NCBI GenBank assembly: GCA_047947115.1
Contig: CP170459.1
Coordinates: forward strand, 1,312,001 to 1,376,000
Reading direction: 5' to 3'
DNA: 64,000 nucleotides
DNA from: Verrucomicrobiota bacterium
Lineage (GTDB): Bacteria; Verrucomicrobiota; Verrucomicrobiia; Limisphaerales; AAA164-E04
A program made the translations under genes and the position numbers. Shown one piece after another: positions 21,244-32,604 of the stretch; the stretch's first letter is position 1; each line of letters starts with the position of its first letter. Under the pieces are notes generated by a model, which saw nothing but the letters and a program-made list of their open reading frames with translations, did no database searches and had not been told where the DNA came from.

Positions 21244-24111
21244 TTGACTTTTTTGGCGTCTTCCCTCATTAGAGTGTGCATGCATTTTCATCAAACCAAG
21301 CGTCAGGCTCTGCTTTTTGGAGTCGCGGTCATGTTGATTTGTCGGGGTGTCGGATCCGGATTGTTGGCGGATGCTCCGGCTGTGTTGGGGTATGAACGAC
21401 TTCAGAAAAGTGATTCTTCCACCGCGGTGGAGCGGGGTGAATTGCTGCTTGGCGAATTGAATTGTGTTTCCTGTCACAAGGCCAATGAAGCGGTATCCGA
21501 ACGTGTCTGGACGCGTTCGGCGCCTGATCTCAGCAGTGTTGGAACTCGGCTGACCCCTCATTTTTTGCGGGACTACCTGTCGGACCCTCAATCCAAGAAA
21601 CCGGGTGTCACGATGCCGGATGTATTCCATGCATCCGAAGCTTCCGCCAAGGAGGGTGCCATCGATTTTCTGGTGCATTTTCTTTCCTCTCAAGGTGGCG
21701 GCTTTGCCTCCGCCACAATGGGTGGATCGGCATCCCTGGTCGAGCAGGGGAGGGACGCGTTTCATACCGTCGGATGTGTGGCCTGTCATGGTCCTGAAGA
21801 CCAAGACGCCGATGCCGGGCAGTTTGTGTCCCTGGGGTCGCTTGCAGAAAAGACCACTCTCGACGCCTTGATCGGTTTCTTAAAAAATCCTCATCAAACC
21901 AGACCTTCAGGTCGTATGCCCGATCTCAGGCTGGATGATTCGGAGGCGCGTGCGATTGCTGTGTATCTGCTGCGGGATCAGTTGGATAATCCACAGTCCA
22001 AAGCCGCCGATCCGGGTGAGGAACCTGGTATTGCCTATGAATACTACGAGATCGATGGCATCCAGAACTTGCCCGATTTTTCCACCTTAACCCCCAAATC
22101 GAGTGGGCAATTGGAAACGATTCGATTGGAATCGATTGAAACACGAAACAATGATTATGCCGTTCGCTTTCATGGCCAGTTGAAGATCGCCCAGGCCGGT
22201 GAGTATCGGATCGGGACTGCTTCGGATGACGGATCACGCATCCTGATTGATGGCCAAACGGTCGTGGATAACGACGGGGTTCACGGGCGTCAGATCCGAA
22301 TGGGGACTGTCGAACTGAATGAGGGAATTCATGATTTTGAGGTGCACTTTTTCAATGGTGGAGGTGGTGCGGAACTGCGTGTGTTTTGGGTGCCACCCGG
22401 CGTTCAGGCAAGGCGCGGTCAACCCATCCCGGCCGATGCATTGGTTTCCTACACCGGGCAGCCGATGATCCCTCTTGGAACAGAAGCATTTACCATAGAC
22501 TCACAAAAGGCGCGCATGGGCGCACAGATGTTCACGGCGTTGCGTTGCGTTTCTTGTCACGCCATGAACGATTGGAAACCGATGCGTCCTGCCAAAGACC
22601 TTGCTGCCTTGAATCTGGACAGTCCCCAGGGTTGTTTGGGGGGGAGCATTCGTCGGGGTGTGCCGGATTACCAACTTTCCAGTTCCCAAAAAGAAGACAT
22701 TAAAGCTGCACTGAAATCCTATGGAGGTCAGGTGGCGCCTTTGTCGCCGGATCAGACGGTGAATCGCACACTCGCCGCTTTCAATTGCTATGCCTGTCAT
22801 GATCGTGGTGGCATTGGCGGGCCTTCGGATGAGATTGCCGCTGCACATTTCAATACCACCATCGAGATCGATCTGGGTGAAGAAGGAAAAATTCCGCCCA
22901 CACTCGACAAGGTAGGAGCCAAGTTGCGCCCCGAAGCCATGGCCAGCATTCTGACTTCGGATGATTTGCATGTGCGACATTACATGGCGACGCGGATGCC
23001 GAGTTTTCATGGAGGGGTCGTTGATCGCTTTGTAAAAGCGGTGGGTCAGGCGGATCAGCAATCAGCATTTGCCGAAGGACCTGCTTTCAGCGAAGAAGCT
23101 GCCGGCATCGGACAGAAGTTTCTGGGAGTCACCGGACTTGCCTGTATCACGTGTCATAAGGTGGCGGGTCAGGATGCGTTGGCGATCCAGGGTCTTGATT
23201 TGTCCCTTGTTTACGATCGAGTTCAACCGGGTTGGTTCAAAGCTTTCTTGTTGAATCCGGCATCCTTTAACGAGGGCACGCGCATGCCGCAGTTCTGGCC
23301 GGAAGGTCAGTCGGCGTTTGTGGATATTTTGGACGGGAATGCAGAGAAACAGATCGAGTCCATCTGGTCCTACCTTTCTCTCAAGAATTCCATGCCCCTG
23401 CCCGTCGGCATTGTTCCCAAGGGTGAAATCGCCATGGAGTTGGTGCCAGCGGACAAGCCCATTGTGCATCGCACCTTCATGAAGGATGTTGGACCACGTG
23501 CCATTCTGACAGGTTTCCCCGAGAAATTGAATGTGGCTTATGATTTCAATGTGGTGCGTTTGGCCAAAGTTTGGCGCGGACGTTTCTTTGATCATTCAGG
23601 AGTGCAAAGCGGTCGAACGGATACATTCCTTGGGCCGCTCGGAACCGATGTTCTGGATCTGCCGACCGGACCTGCCTTCTCATTCCTCGAAGCGCCCGAG
23701 TCCACTTGGCCGGAACCGGAACTGACCAGCCGAAATACAGGAGGGAATTTCAAAGGATACACCCTGGACAAGGAAACAAATCGCCCAACGTTCAGATACA
23801 GACTGGAAGCGGTTTCCGTGGAGGAATCTCCCGTCCCGGTCATTCAACCCGGTGGTTCCATTCTCAAACGACAGTTCAAATTGAAAGCGGACAGTGCCTC
23901 GAGTGGGTTGCATTTTCTCGCTGCGGAAGGGGACAACGTGGAGCAACTGACCGACAACCGGTTCAAGGTTGGTGACGATTACGAGGTAGGCCTCAACACT
24001 TCGTTTCCACTTAAACCGATTATCCGGGTGCAGAATGGTAAGACCCAGGTCATTATTCCCGTGCCACTGGACCAAAAAGAAGCATCGATCGAACAGATCA
24101 TTGAATGGTAA
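21244..24111 (+). CDS. Multiheme c-type cytochrome with PA14 domain (start may be 21280)
   Basis: Five CxxCH motifs (CVSCH, CVACH, CVSCH, CYACH, CITCH); PA14 motif SDDGSRI..IDG..VVDNDG.H. Confidence 0.85.
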   Translation: MTFLASSLIRVCMHFHQTKRQALLFGVAVMLICRGVGSGLLADAPAVLGYERLQKSDSSTAVERGELLLGELNCVSCHKANEAVSERVWTRSAPDLSSVGTRLTPHFLRDYLSDPQSKKPGVTMPDVFHASEASAKEGAIDFLVHFLSSQGGGFASATMGGSASLVEQGRDAFHTVGCVACHGPEDQDADAGQFVSLGSLAEKTTLDALIGFLKNPHQTRPSGRMPDLRLDDSEARAIAVYLLRDQLDNPQSKAADPGEEPGIAYEYYEIDGIQNLPDFSTLTPKSSGQLETIRLESIETRNNDYAVRFHGQLKIAQAGEYRIGTASDDGSRILIDGQTVVDNDGVHGRQIRMGTVELNEGIHDFEVHFFNGGGGAELRVFWVPPGVQARRGQPIPADALVSYTGQPMIPLGTEAFTIDSQKARMGAQMFTALRCVSCHAMNDWKPMRPAKDLAALNLDSPQGCLGGSIRRGVPDYQLSSSQKEDIKAALKSYGGQVAPLSPDQTVNRTLAAFNCYACHDRGGIGGPSDEIAAAHFNTTIEIDLGEEGKIPPTLDKVGAKLRPEAMASILTSDDLHVRHYMATRMPSFHGGVVDRFVKAVGQADQQSAFAEGPAFSEEAAGIGQKFLGVTGLACITCHKVAGQDALAIQGLDLSLVYDRVQPGWFKAFLLNPASFNEGTRMPQFWPEGQSAFVDILDGNAEKQIESIWSYLSLKNSMPLPVGIVPKGEIAMELVPADKPIVHRTFMKDVGPRAILTGFPEKLNVAYDFNVVRLAKVWRGRFFDHSGVQSGRTDTFLGPLGTDVLDLPTGPAFSFLEAPESTWPEPELTSRNTGGNFKGYTLDKETNRPTFRYRLEAVSVEESPVPVIQPGGSILKRQFKLKADSASSGLHFLAAEGDNVEQLTDNRFKVGDDYEVGLNTSFPLKPIIRVQNGKTQVIIPVPLDQKEASIEQIIEW

Positions 24112-24161
24112 AGGCAAGCATCGTGTTCAATTATCAAATCATTTCAACTCAACAGACTCAC

Positions 24162-25673
24162 ATGGCAACACAACAAAACTCGCAAGGTATCAAACAGGTA
24201 TTCGCAACAGCTCTGACATGCATGCTGGTATGGGGAGCGGTCAACGCAGCCGAGGAATCCGATTACTATGCCATCGACACATTCCCCACGGAAGACCTGC
24301 CGATGGAAGTTGGCGCGATGACCTTGATGTCCGACGGCAACCTGCTGATTGGCACGCGACGAGGTGATGTGTATGTCCTGGAAAATGCCTATGGCAATCC
24401 CGATGAAGCAGTCTTCCGCCCTTGGGCGCGCGGGCTTGCCCAGCCTCTGGGGTTTCTTGAACACAAGGGCTGGATCTACACCGCTCAACGCGGCGAGCTG
24501 ACCCGTATCAAGGACAGCGATGGCGATGGTGAGGCGGATGTGTTTGAAACAGTGTGTGATGCCTGGGACATTTCCGGTAATTACCACGAATACAATTTTG
24601 GTCCGCGCATGGACAAGGAAGGGTTCATGTGGGTGACCTTGAACAAGCCGTTCGGAGGACAGCCTTATGCCGATCCCGACATCAAACAGGCCCATTGGCG
24701 AGGATGGGCTGTGCGGGTGAATCCGGACACTGGTGAGATGTTTCCGATGGCCGCAGGATTAAGATCTCCGGCAGGAGTAGAAGACAGTCCCTGGGGCGAC
24801 ATTTTTTACACCGACAACCAGGGAGAATGGTGCAATGCCTCCAAACTCTCCCATCTTGAGTTTGGAGATTATCATGGTCATCCATGGGGATTACCTACCC
24901 AGAAGTTGGCGGGAGCTCCGTTTGACAAGATGCCTCAGCCCGTTTCCGGAACCTGGATGAAGGATATGCACCAGCAGATTCCTGAGTTCAAAATGCCGGC
25001 TGTCTGGTTTCCCTACGAAAAAATGGGCAAGAGCCCGAGCGGACTGCGCTGGGACCTGACCGAAGGCAAGTTTGGTCCGTTCCAAGGTCAGCTTTTCGTG
25101 GCTGACCAACATCACGCCACCGTCATGCGCGTCTTTCTTGAAAACGTGGACGGTCACTGGCAGGGAGCCTGTCTGCCGTTCCGCGAAGGATTCCAGTGCG
25201 GGATCATTCGCATTTGCTTTGGCAAGGATGCTTCCCTGTTTGTAGGGATGTCCAATGCCGGTTGGGGTGGTCGTGGTAATCGTCCCTGGGGGCTGCAGCG
25301 TTTGCGCTGGACCGGAGAAGTGCCCTTCGAAGTGAAGGAAATGAAAGCCAAACCGGACGGGTTTGAGCTGAGTTTTACCCAACCAGTTGATCCTGCCACT
25401 GCAGGCAAAGCAGACGCCTACAAGATGGAAAGCTATACTTACAAACTCGAGAGTCGTTACGGCGGACCGGAGGATGACAAGAAGCAGGTCGAGATCACTG
25501 GTGTCAAAGTTTCCGACGACGGCATGCGGGTTCGTCTGACCATCTCACCCATCCGCGCCGGTTATGTTCATGAACTCATCATGAACGGGTTGACCAATAA
25601 GGACGGAGTACCTCTGCTGCACGGTGAGGCCTATTACACATTGGTGAACATCCCATCCGATGCTCACCTTTAA
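24162..25673 (+). CDS. Secreted beta-propeller protein (PVC large multifunctional secreted protein type)
   Basis: DSDGDGEAD, NYHEYNFGP, GLRSPAG, YTDNQGEW, FGPFQGQLFV. Confidence 0.75.
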   Translation: MATQQNSQGIKQVFATALTCMLVWGAVNAAEESDYYAIDTFPTEDLPMEVGAMTLMSDGNLLIGTRRGDVYVLENAYGNPDEAVFRPWARGLAQPLGFLEHKGWIYTAQRGELTRIKDSDGDGEADVFETVCDAWDISGNYHEYNFGPRMDKEGFMWVTLNKPFGGQPYADPDIKQAHWRGWAVRVNPDTGEMFPMAAGLRSPAGVEDSPWGDIFYTDNQGEWCNASKLSHLEFGDYHGHPWGLPTQKLAGAPFDKMPQPVSGTWMKDMHQQIPEFKMPAVWFPYEKMGKSPSGLRWDLTEGKFGPFQGQLFVADQHHATVMRVFLENVDGHWQGACLPFREGFQCGIIRICFGKDASLFVGMSNAGWGGRGNRPWGLQRLRWTGEVPFEVKEMKAKPDGFELSFTQPVDPATAGKADAYKMESYTYKLESRYGGPEDDKKQVEITGVKVSDDGMRVRLTISPIRAGYVHELIMNGLTNKDGVPLLHGEAYYTLVNIPSDAHL

Positions 25674-25932
25674 ATGGTGAAAGGCAGGTAGAAGGAAAAC
25701 CCTCTTCCATGGACCGAGGCAATCTCCAAGCTAAAAGGAGCTGGCGCGGCTTGGGCATAGGCCGTTTTCTCTGATAGCATACTGATTTCCAAAAGTGCTT
25801 ACTTATGAGGGCTCGCTGATGCTTCTTATGCTCACGTCGCTGCGCTAGGCTGGTGTTTTTGATGTTATCACACTTTTGAGAATGGCTTGCTTCATGCTCC
25901 AACGTTGTCCAATGAAAACGATAACCGCTATT

Positions 25933-26059
25933 GTCATTGCAATGGAAACACCACAGTCATTCGATGAACGATAGTCTCCCCGCGTTCCGTTTCTTTTGCT
26001 CAGAAACGTTTTCAAGGGGAAAGTTTGGGGAGAGTCTCGCATGCGGGATCTCCCCTCCG
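25933..26059 (-). repeat. ~125-bp dispersed intergenic element, copy 2
   Basis: Reverse complement aligns to 3294-3416 and carries an extra TCCCGCATGCGAGA mini-palindrome. Confidence 0.75.
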
Positions 26060-26189
26060 TTGTTGTTTATAGAATGAACTGTGATGGTTGCTGCAATGCA
26101 AAACAGGTGAATTCCCTTGCTATTCACAACGGCTTGTGAATAACTTTTTTCAAGTTTAGTAGACATTTTTTCCCAATACCTAGGGTTTT

Positions 26190-27281
26190 ATGCAATTCAT
26201 TGATGTACAACGTCAATATTTGGCTTACAAGAACGCTGTTGACCAGCGCATGCAAGGCGTGTTGGACCATGGTCAATTCATCATGGGGCCTGAAGTGGCT
26301 GAAATTGAGCTGGTTTTATCAGATTACGTCGGAGTAAAGCACTGCATAACCACCGCCAGTGGGACCGATAGTCTTGAAATTGCATTGCGTGCACTTGGGG
26401 TTGGGGCTGGAGACGAGGTCATAACCGTTCCCTTTACCTGGATCAGCACGGCTGAAACAATTGCCCAGGTGGGAGCCACACCTGTATTTGTGGACATTGA
26501 TCCAGTTTCCTATAATTTGGACGTCAGTTTATTGGCAAAGGCCATAACATCAAAGACCAAAGCCATCATGCCCGTCAGCTTGTTTGGGCAGATGCCTGAC
26601 TTTGCTCAAATCAATGCCATCGCAGAAAAACATGGGTTACCTGTCATCGAAGATGCAGCTCAGAGTTTTGGGGCAACTCAGCGTGACAAACGCAGTTGTT
26701 CAGTTTCGACCATTGCCAGCACCAGCTTCTTTCCCGCCAAACCCTTTGGATGTTTTGGGGATGGTGGCGCGTTGTTCACTGACGATGCCGAATTGGCAGA
26801 TAAGATGAAAACCGTTCGCAACCACGGCGGTCTGGTGCGGCACCACCATACAATGGTAGGCATGAACGGTCGTTTCGATACTCTACAAGCCGCGGTGTTG
26901 CTTGGTAAATTTCCGGGATTTGACAACGAAGTTAAATCGCGTAATGCCATCGGTGCCCGTTATTCGGAATTACTGAAGGACGTATGTGTCGTTCCGACTG
27001 TTGACGAAGGCAATACGCATGTTTACGCACAGTATACCATACGAGTAGATGACCGGGATCAGTTGGCTGGCAAACTCAAAGAAGCCGGTATTCCCACAGC
27101 GATTTACTATCCTAAATGCCTCCACGAACAGCCCGTTTTCGAACCACTTGGGTACGAGTGTGGCAGTCTGCCGGAAGCTGAAAAAGCGTCCCGGGAAGTG
27201 ATCAGTCTGCCGATGCATCCTTTTCTAAGTGAAGAAGATCAGGATAAAGTAATAGATTCAGTCAAGCAAGCACTAGCTTAG
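26190..27281 (+). CDS. DegT/DnrJ/StrS aminotransferase (WbpE-like)
   Basis: FIMGPEV, IEDAAQSFGA, TSFFPAKPFGCFGDGG, NGRFDTLQAA, SLPMHP. Confidence 0.9.
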   Translation: MQFIDVQRQYLAYKNAVDQRMQGVLDHGQFIMGPEVAEIELVLSDYVGVKHCITTASGTDSLEIALRALGVGAGDEVITVPFTWISTAETIAQVGATPVFVDIDPVSYNLDVSLLAKAITSKTKAIMPVSLFGQMPDFAQINAIAEKHGLPVIEDAAQSFGATQRDKRSCSVSTIASTSFFPAKPFGCFGDGGALFTDDAELADKMKTVRNHGGLVRHHHTMVGMNGRFDTLQAAVLLGKFPGFDNEVKSRNAIGARYSELLKDVCVVPTVDEGNTHVYAQYTIRVDDRDQLAGKLKEAGIPTAIYYPKCLHEQPVFEPLGYECGSLPEAEKASREVISLPMHPFLSEEDQDKVIDSVKQALA

Positions 27282-27284
27282 AGC

Positions 27285-27327
27285 TTGACATTTTAGTTCA
27301 TTTTGTTCAAAAATTTCTGAACAAAAT
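27285..27327 (+). promoter_or_regulatory. Candidate promoter (-35 TTGACA) with overlapping palindromic operator
   Basis: TTGACA at 27285, then ATTTTGTTCA-AAAATTTC-TGAACAAAAT at 27300-27327. Confidence 0.45.
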
Positions 27328-27820
27328 AATTCAAAGAGATTCGCCAGTGCAAAACAAGCCTGCGAATTGACCGGCACGAAGTGCGGATTAAAGACGGAGT
27401 TTCCTAGCATTCGATATCCGCAATATTACAGCTTTCGGATGAGCTAAGAGGGTTGAGTCCACCTGATGCATCCCTTAGGTAGAACGTGCCGTCCCCGGCG
27501 CGTGCCTTGTGGCTCCCATGAACTCACTTGCATTACGTTTCGGGAAGTCATGAGTCCCCAAAGTGCAGTGGTTTTAAAAAGCGAAAGGCTTCAAATGACT
27601 AAACAGACCCCTCCTATCGATGTGGAAGATTTTAAAAAATCAGTCATATTTTTCTACCGCATCCCTGGAGTGCTGGCGAGGTATCGCCGCTCTGGTTCTG
27701 ATAGGTCAATGTCTTGGTGAGCAATAACTCAATAAGGCTTCTCTTACTTTAAATATTGCTGAGTTTGATAAAATCGGCTGCCTTCACCTGCAGACTTAGA
27801 GAGACACACTCACAAACAAT

Positions 27821-28228
27821 ATGACCTCCATCTCACTCAGCTCTGTTGCGTTCAAACTGGACCAAGAACTACACAGCATATGGGCTGTTTACCTTTTCGG
27901 CTCTCATGCATCTAATCAAGCTATGCCGGAAAGTGATGTAGACATCGCTGTTCTCGGAAAGAGCCCCCATACAGCGACAGATTTGTTCAGTGTGAGTTCA
28001 GACATTGCTATCATGCTGAAGCGGAACGTCGATTTGATCGATTTACGCTCTGTCCCAACTGATCTCCAGGCCCAAGTGGTAACAAAAGGAAAGCGCCACA
28101 TTTTGAGAAATTTTCAAAAAGTGGAGGTCTTCGAAGATCTAGTTTTTTCAAGTTATGCCCGCTTGAATGAAGAGCGAAAGTATATTCTAGCAGACATACA
28201 ACAACGTGGCAGTGTCTATGGCAGATGA
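27821..28228 (+). CDS. Minimal nucleotidyltransferase (MntA-type antitoxin)
   Basis: VYLFGSHA....SDVDIAVL, VDLIDL; overlaps the downstream HEPN gene. Confidence 0.88.
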   Translation: MTSISLSSVAFKLDQELHSIWAVYLFGSHASNQAMPESDVDIAVLGKSPHTATDLFSVSSDIAIMLKRNVDLIDLRSVPTDLQAQVVTKGKRHILRNFQKVEVFEDLVFSSYARLNEERKYILADIQQRGSVYGR

Positions 28229-28658
28229 TACGTTGCTTAACAAGTGTGCGATCATCGAGCGGTGCCTCCAGCGTATCGAACAAGACTACATAGGCTTTGA
28301 AGATCAAATTGAGTCTGATTTCATGCGTCAAGATGCCATTGTCCTTAATATTCAAAGGGCATGTGAGGCATCCATCGATTTGGCCATGCATGTGGTGCGG
28401 TGCCGAAAACTTGGTTTACCAAGAGAAAGTCGGGGTGCGTTTGAATTACTGAGAACATCAGAACTGATGGACCATTCATTGGCTGAAAAAATGATGAAAA
28501 TGGTCTGATTCAGAAACCTTGCTGTTCACAATTACCAGAGTATCAATCTTGAAATCGTTCATTCGATTATTACCAAGCATCTCGATGACTTCCGCCAGCT
28601 CGTTAAATGGTCTATCCAATCAACTATTCAACAACCTCCAAGTAACTTTGTGACTTAG
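28218..28658 (+). pseudogene. HepT/DUF86 HEPN ribonuclease toxin with in-frame stop
   Basis: QDAIVLNIQRACEASIDLA; TGA at 28506-28508, then in frame FRNLAVHNY (RX4HXY) and an open frame to TAG 28658. Confidence 0.85.
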
Positions 28659-28673
28659 TGCCTTTGTTCGAAA

Positions 28674-29654
28674 ATGAAAAAAGCCCTCATTACAGGAATC
28701 ACAGGTCAAGACGGATCCTACCTTGCGGAACTCTTGCTTGAAAAAGGTTACGAGGTCCACGGAATCCTTCGTAGAACCAGCACGTTCAATCGCCAGCGCA
28801 TTGACCCTATCTATCAGAACGCCGACCTGAATCAGGGTAGATTCCATCTACACTACGGAGATTTGGCGGATTCCCCATCCATTTATAAGCTGATCGAGCA
28901 AATCGCTCCGAACGAAATATACAACCTGGCTGCACAGAGTCATGTCAAAGTCAGCTTCGAGAACCCTGAATACACCGCAGACGTGGTTGCCACGGGGACC
29001 TTAAGACTTCTGGAAGCAAATCGCCAAACTGGAGTCATGGCTCGGTTTTACCAGGCCTCGTCGAGCGAAATGTTCGGTAAAGTCAGAGAAACACCCCAAA
29101 CCGAACTGACACCCTTTCACCCAAGAAGTCCCTATGGCGTCGCCAAGGTGTTTGCACACCAGATCACGGTGAATTACCGAGAATCCTACGACATGCACGC
29201 CAGTTGTGGTATCCTGTTCAATCATGAATCACCCCGTCGAGGTGAAAATTTTGTAACGCGCAAAATAACCCAATCGGTTGCCAAGATTCATAAAGGGCTT
29301 CAAGACAAACTTGTTTTAGGAAACCTGGATGCCAAGCGGGATTGGGGTTATGCCAAAGAATATGTCGAAGCCATGTGGCGCATGTTGCAGCAGGATGAAC
29401 CAGATGATTATGTGATCGCAACGAACGAGACACATTCTGTTCAGGAATTCCTCGAAATAGCTTTCAAACATGTAGGAAAAAACTATCAAGACTACGTGGA
29501 AACATCCTCTGCATACTACCGACCAGCGGAAGTGGATCTCCTGATAGGAGACTACACTAAAGCCAAAACCAAACTAGGCTGGCAGCCAGAAACAACTTTT
29601 GAAGGGTTGGTAAAACTGATGGTCGACTCTGATTTGGAGGCATTAAACGGCTAG
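28674..29654 (+). CDS. gmd: GDP-mannose 4,6-dehydratase
   Basis: [42 protein letters not shown]. Confidence 0.95.
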   Translation: MKKALITGITGQDGSYLAELLLEKGYEVHGILRRTSTFNRQRIDPIYQNADLNQGRFHLHYGDLADSPSIYKLIEQIAPNEIYNLAAQSHVKVSFENPEYTADVVATGTLRLLEANRQTGVMARFYQASSSEMFGKVRETPQTELTPFHPRSPYGVAKVFAHQITVNYRESYDMHASCGILFNHESPRRGENFVTRKITQSVAKIHKGLQDKLVLGNLDAKRDWGYAKEYVEAMWRMLQQDEPDDYVIATNETHSVQEFLEIAFKHVGKNYQDYVETSSAYYRPAEVDLLIGDYTKAKTKLGWQPETTFEGLVKLMVDSDLEALNG

Positions 29655-30124
29655 GGTAGCCCGTGACGTCCCTGTCGCGGAGAGAGATTCGGACAAGTAA
29701 TGTATCCGGCCGACTGCGAGATCCCTGATCCGTCATCTTTTATCAACCACCCGTCCCGCAGTTGCGGGTCTAGAGAACACAGAGGACACAGAGAGGAAAG
29801 AGTGGGAGATGAAGGTTTATTTTGCACTGTTCTACCGAACAGCCCAAAATAAACCTTCAGACTGTCAGCCCTGCGGGCAGCAACAGGTAGATCGGATCTT
29901 CTCGCGTTCTTTGGTAGGGATGGGCTGCTGCCCGTCCATGGATGACAGTTGCTTTCATAAACGCTTTAACCAATCAAAGCCGGATAACTTACGATCCCTT
30001 TTAAGTGTACTGCCTTTGAGGTTCCTTTGCCTTTTCATTCGAAAAATCAAAGGAAACTCAGAACTCTGTGCTCCTCAGTGTCCTCTAATGAGGTGCAACC
30101 GAGCGGGTGGTGAACATAACAATA

Positions 30125-30643
30125 ATGGCCCTTCTGGAAGAACCAAAACTTACAACCTCCCCATTAACCAAATCCTGCCAGGAGATGGTCTTAGCGGGTG
30201 GTCGGTTGAGTCAACTGCTTGGATTCCCCAAGTCAATAGGGCAAATATACGGTTTACTCATGTTTACGGATAAACCAATGTCTGCTGAGGACATCGGAAC
30301 AACTTTGTCCGTTAGCAAAGCAACCATCAGTAATAGCATTCGGCAGTTATCCAGTTGGGGAATCATTAGGCAAGTATGGATCCAAGGAGATCGCAAAGAT
30401 CACTATGAAGTGATTGAAGATTTTAGGGCTGTGATCAGGGCGGCAATGTCCGAAGTCATCAAGCCAAGAATCAATTCTTCGGGCCAACGGATTGAGCGCA
30501 TTTCATCATTCCTGGAAGAGGAAAATCAGTCTGGAGAAATCACACCAGACCTTTTTCAACTCCGAAAGCGCCGGCTTAAATCCATGACCAAGCACCATCA
30601 AGCCATTGGCAAGATGATACCGATGCTAGAAAAGCTGTTTTGA
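30125..30643 (+). CDS. GbsR/MarR family transcriptional regulator
   Basis: LGFPKSIGQIYGLL...PMSAEDI...LSVSKATIS..IRQL..WG.I..V...GDRKDHY. Confidence 0.85.
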   Translation: MALLEEPKLTTSPLTKSCQEMVLAGGRLSQLLGFPKSIGQIYGLLMFTDKPMSAEDIGTTLSVSKATISNSIRQLSSWGIIRQVWIQGDRKDHYEVIEDFRAVIRAAMSEVIKPRINSSGQRIERISSFLEEENQSGEITPDLFQLRKRRLKSMTKHHQAIGKMIPMLEKLF

Positions 30644-31237
30644 TCGGAGGTAGATCTTGACGTTTCTGGCGATTAGGTAAAATCCCGCGACTGCGTGGAT
30701 CCCCGGCGCGTAAGGTATTAGATCTGCCACTTTTTTTATTCACCACCTGTTCGGCTGCACCGCACTAGAGGCACAGAGATTCGAGAGTGGAAAGAGAAGG
30801 CTAAAAGGAAGAGAGAGTTGATGTTTTATTTTGTAATGTTCTTTTGAACAGCCCAAAATAAAACATCAAAGCCTCAGCCCTGCGGGCGGCAGGGTAGATT
30901 AGATCGTCCCTGGTGCGCCATGATAGGTAGAGCGTAAAGTGTGTCCCGTCGACTGTGGAGTCACTGTCGCGCGGTCATCAACGCCAATCGTTACCAATAA
31001 CGTTTAAATCTGTAGAATAACCATCAGTAATCGAATCCTTTTTAGTGTGCAATCTTTACACTTTATTCGACGATTTGACTTAAATCCTCAAATAAAGTGA
31101 AAAACCCCTCAAGCTCGATACTTTTAATTTCTCTCTCGAATCTCTGTGTCCTCAATCCCGCGACTGCGGGAGGGTGGTGAAAAAAGCACCGCGCCTCTAG
31201 TCCCGCTTGCGGGACGAACGTGAGATCCTATTACACA

Positions 31238-32209
31238 ATGTCAACATACCTCGTCACCGGTGTTGCCGGATTTATCGCATCCAAAACAGCTGAGTTCCTC
31301 CTTAGTGAGGGGCATACAGTGGTAGGTGTGGATAATATGAATGATTACTACGATGTCCGACTCAAAGAGCATCGTTTGGAAAATCTGCAATCCCAGCCTA
31401 ATTTTATATTTCATCAGCTGGATATCGAATCACAAGCTGACCTTGATGACTTGTTCAAGCAACACATCTTCAACGGCGTCCTCAATCTCGCAGCAAGAGC
31501 GGGGGTACGATACAGCTTGGAAAACCCACACGTCTACATGACGACCAACGCAATGGGCACGCTTAACTTGCTCGAATGCATGCGTCATCATGATGTGGAG
31601 AAAATGGTTTTGGCTTCGACGTCCTCCCTTTACGCGGGGCAGCAGATGCCGTTTACGGAAAAACTTCCAGTAAATACTCCCATTTCTCCTTATGCAGCTT
31701 CTAAAAAGGCAGCAGAGGTGATGTGTTATTCCTATCACAATCTTTTTCAACTCGATATATCAGTTGTCCGGTATTTTACGGTTTTTGGACCCTGTGGCCG
31801 CCCCGATATGTCCATTTTTCGGTTCATTAAATGGATTGCCGAAGAAACGCCAATTGAGTTGTTTGGAGATGGATCGCAATCCAGAGATTTTACCTTTGTA
31901 GACGATATCGCCAAAGGAAGCATTGCAGCACTCAAACCAATAGGATATGAAATTTTTAATTTAGGTGGTGGGAACAATCCCATTTCGCTAAACCAGATTA
32001 TTCAATGGATTGAAGAAAGTTTGGGTAAGAAAGCAATTATTGAAAACCAACCCTTCCATAAAGCGGACATGAAATCAACTTGGGCAGACATATCAAAAGC
32101 TGAGTCAATGTTAGAGTGGAAGCCTGAGATCGATATTAAAGAAGGCGTTCTCAAATGTGTGGAATGGTACCAGCAAAACCATTCCTGGCTCAAAGATATC
32201 AAACTGTAG
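31238..32209 (+). CDS. NAD-dependent epimerase (UDP-glucuronate 4-epimerase-like)
   Basis: TGVAGFIAS, LAARAGVRYS, PYAASKK, RYFTVFGP.GRPDM. Confidence 0.88.
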   Translation: MSTYLVTGVAGFIASKTAEFLLSEGHTVVGVDNMNDYYDVRLKEHRLENLQSQPNFIFHQLDIESQADLDDLFKQHIFNGVLNLAARAGVRYSLENPHVYMTTNAMGTLNLLECMRHHDVEKMVLASTSSLYAGQQMPFTEKLPVNTPISPYAASKKAAEVMCYSYHNLFQLDISVVRYFTVFGPCGRPDMSIFRFIKWIAEETPIELFGDGSQSRDFTFVDDIAKGSIAALKPIGYEIFNLGGGNNPISLNQIIQWIEESLGKKAIIENQPFHKADMKSTWADISKAESMLEWKPEIDIKEGVLKCVEWYQQNHSWLKDIKL

Positions 32210-32604
32210 GTAGCCCAATATCTCAGATTCACATTCGCAGGTAGATCAGAAAAGTGTATCCCGTTGACCGCGGAATCCCTGATCCTCTGTGAAAGGTAGA
32301 GCGTGACGTCCCTGTCGCGCTGGATAGATCTCCCGATAAATCGGGACTGATCCGCAATGCACCGGTAGGGATAGGCTGCTGCCTGTCCGTCGAATGCCAA
32401 GCATATCCAAATTTTCAATAACCGTTCAAATACCAGAAAACATACAACACCTTTTAAGTGTGACACCTTTTGTTTTTCTTTGTAATTACGGCTGGAATTA
32501 CAAAGAAAAACAAAAAACATCCTTTTTAACTCTGCAACCTCCCAACCTCTAGTGACCGCAGCTATGCTGAAAGTCCCGTGGCTGCGGGAGGTGGTGAAGA
32601 AAAA

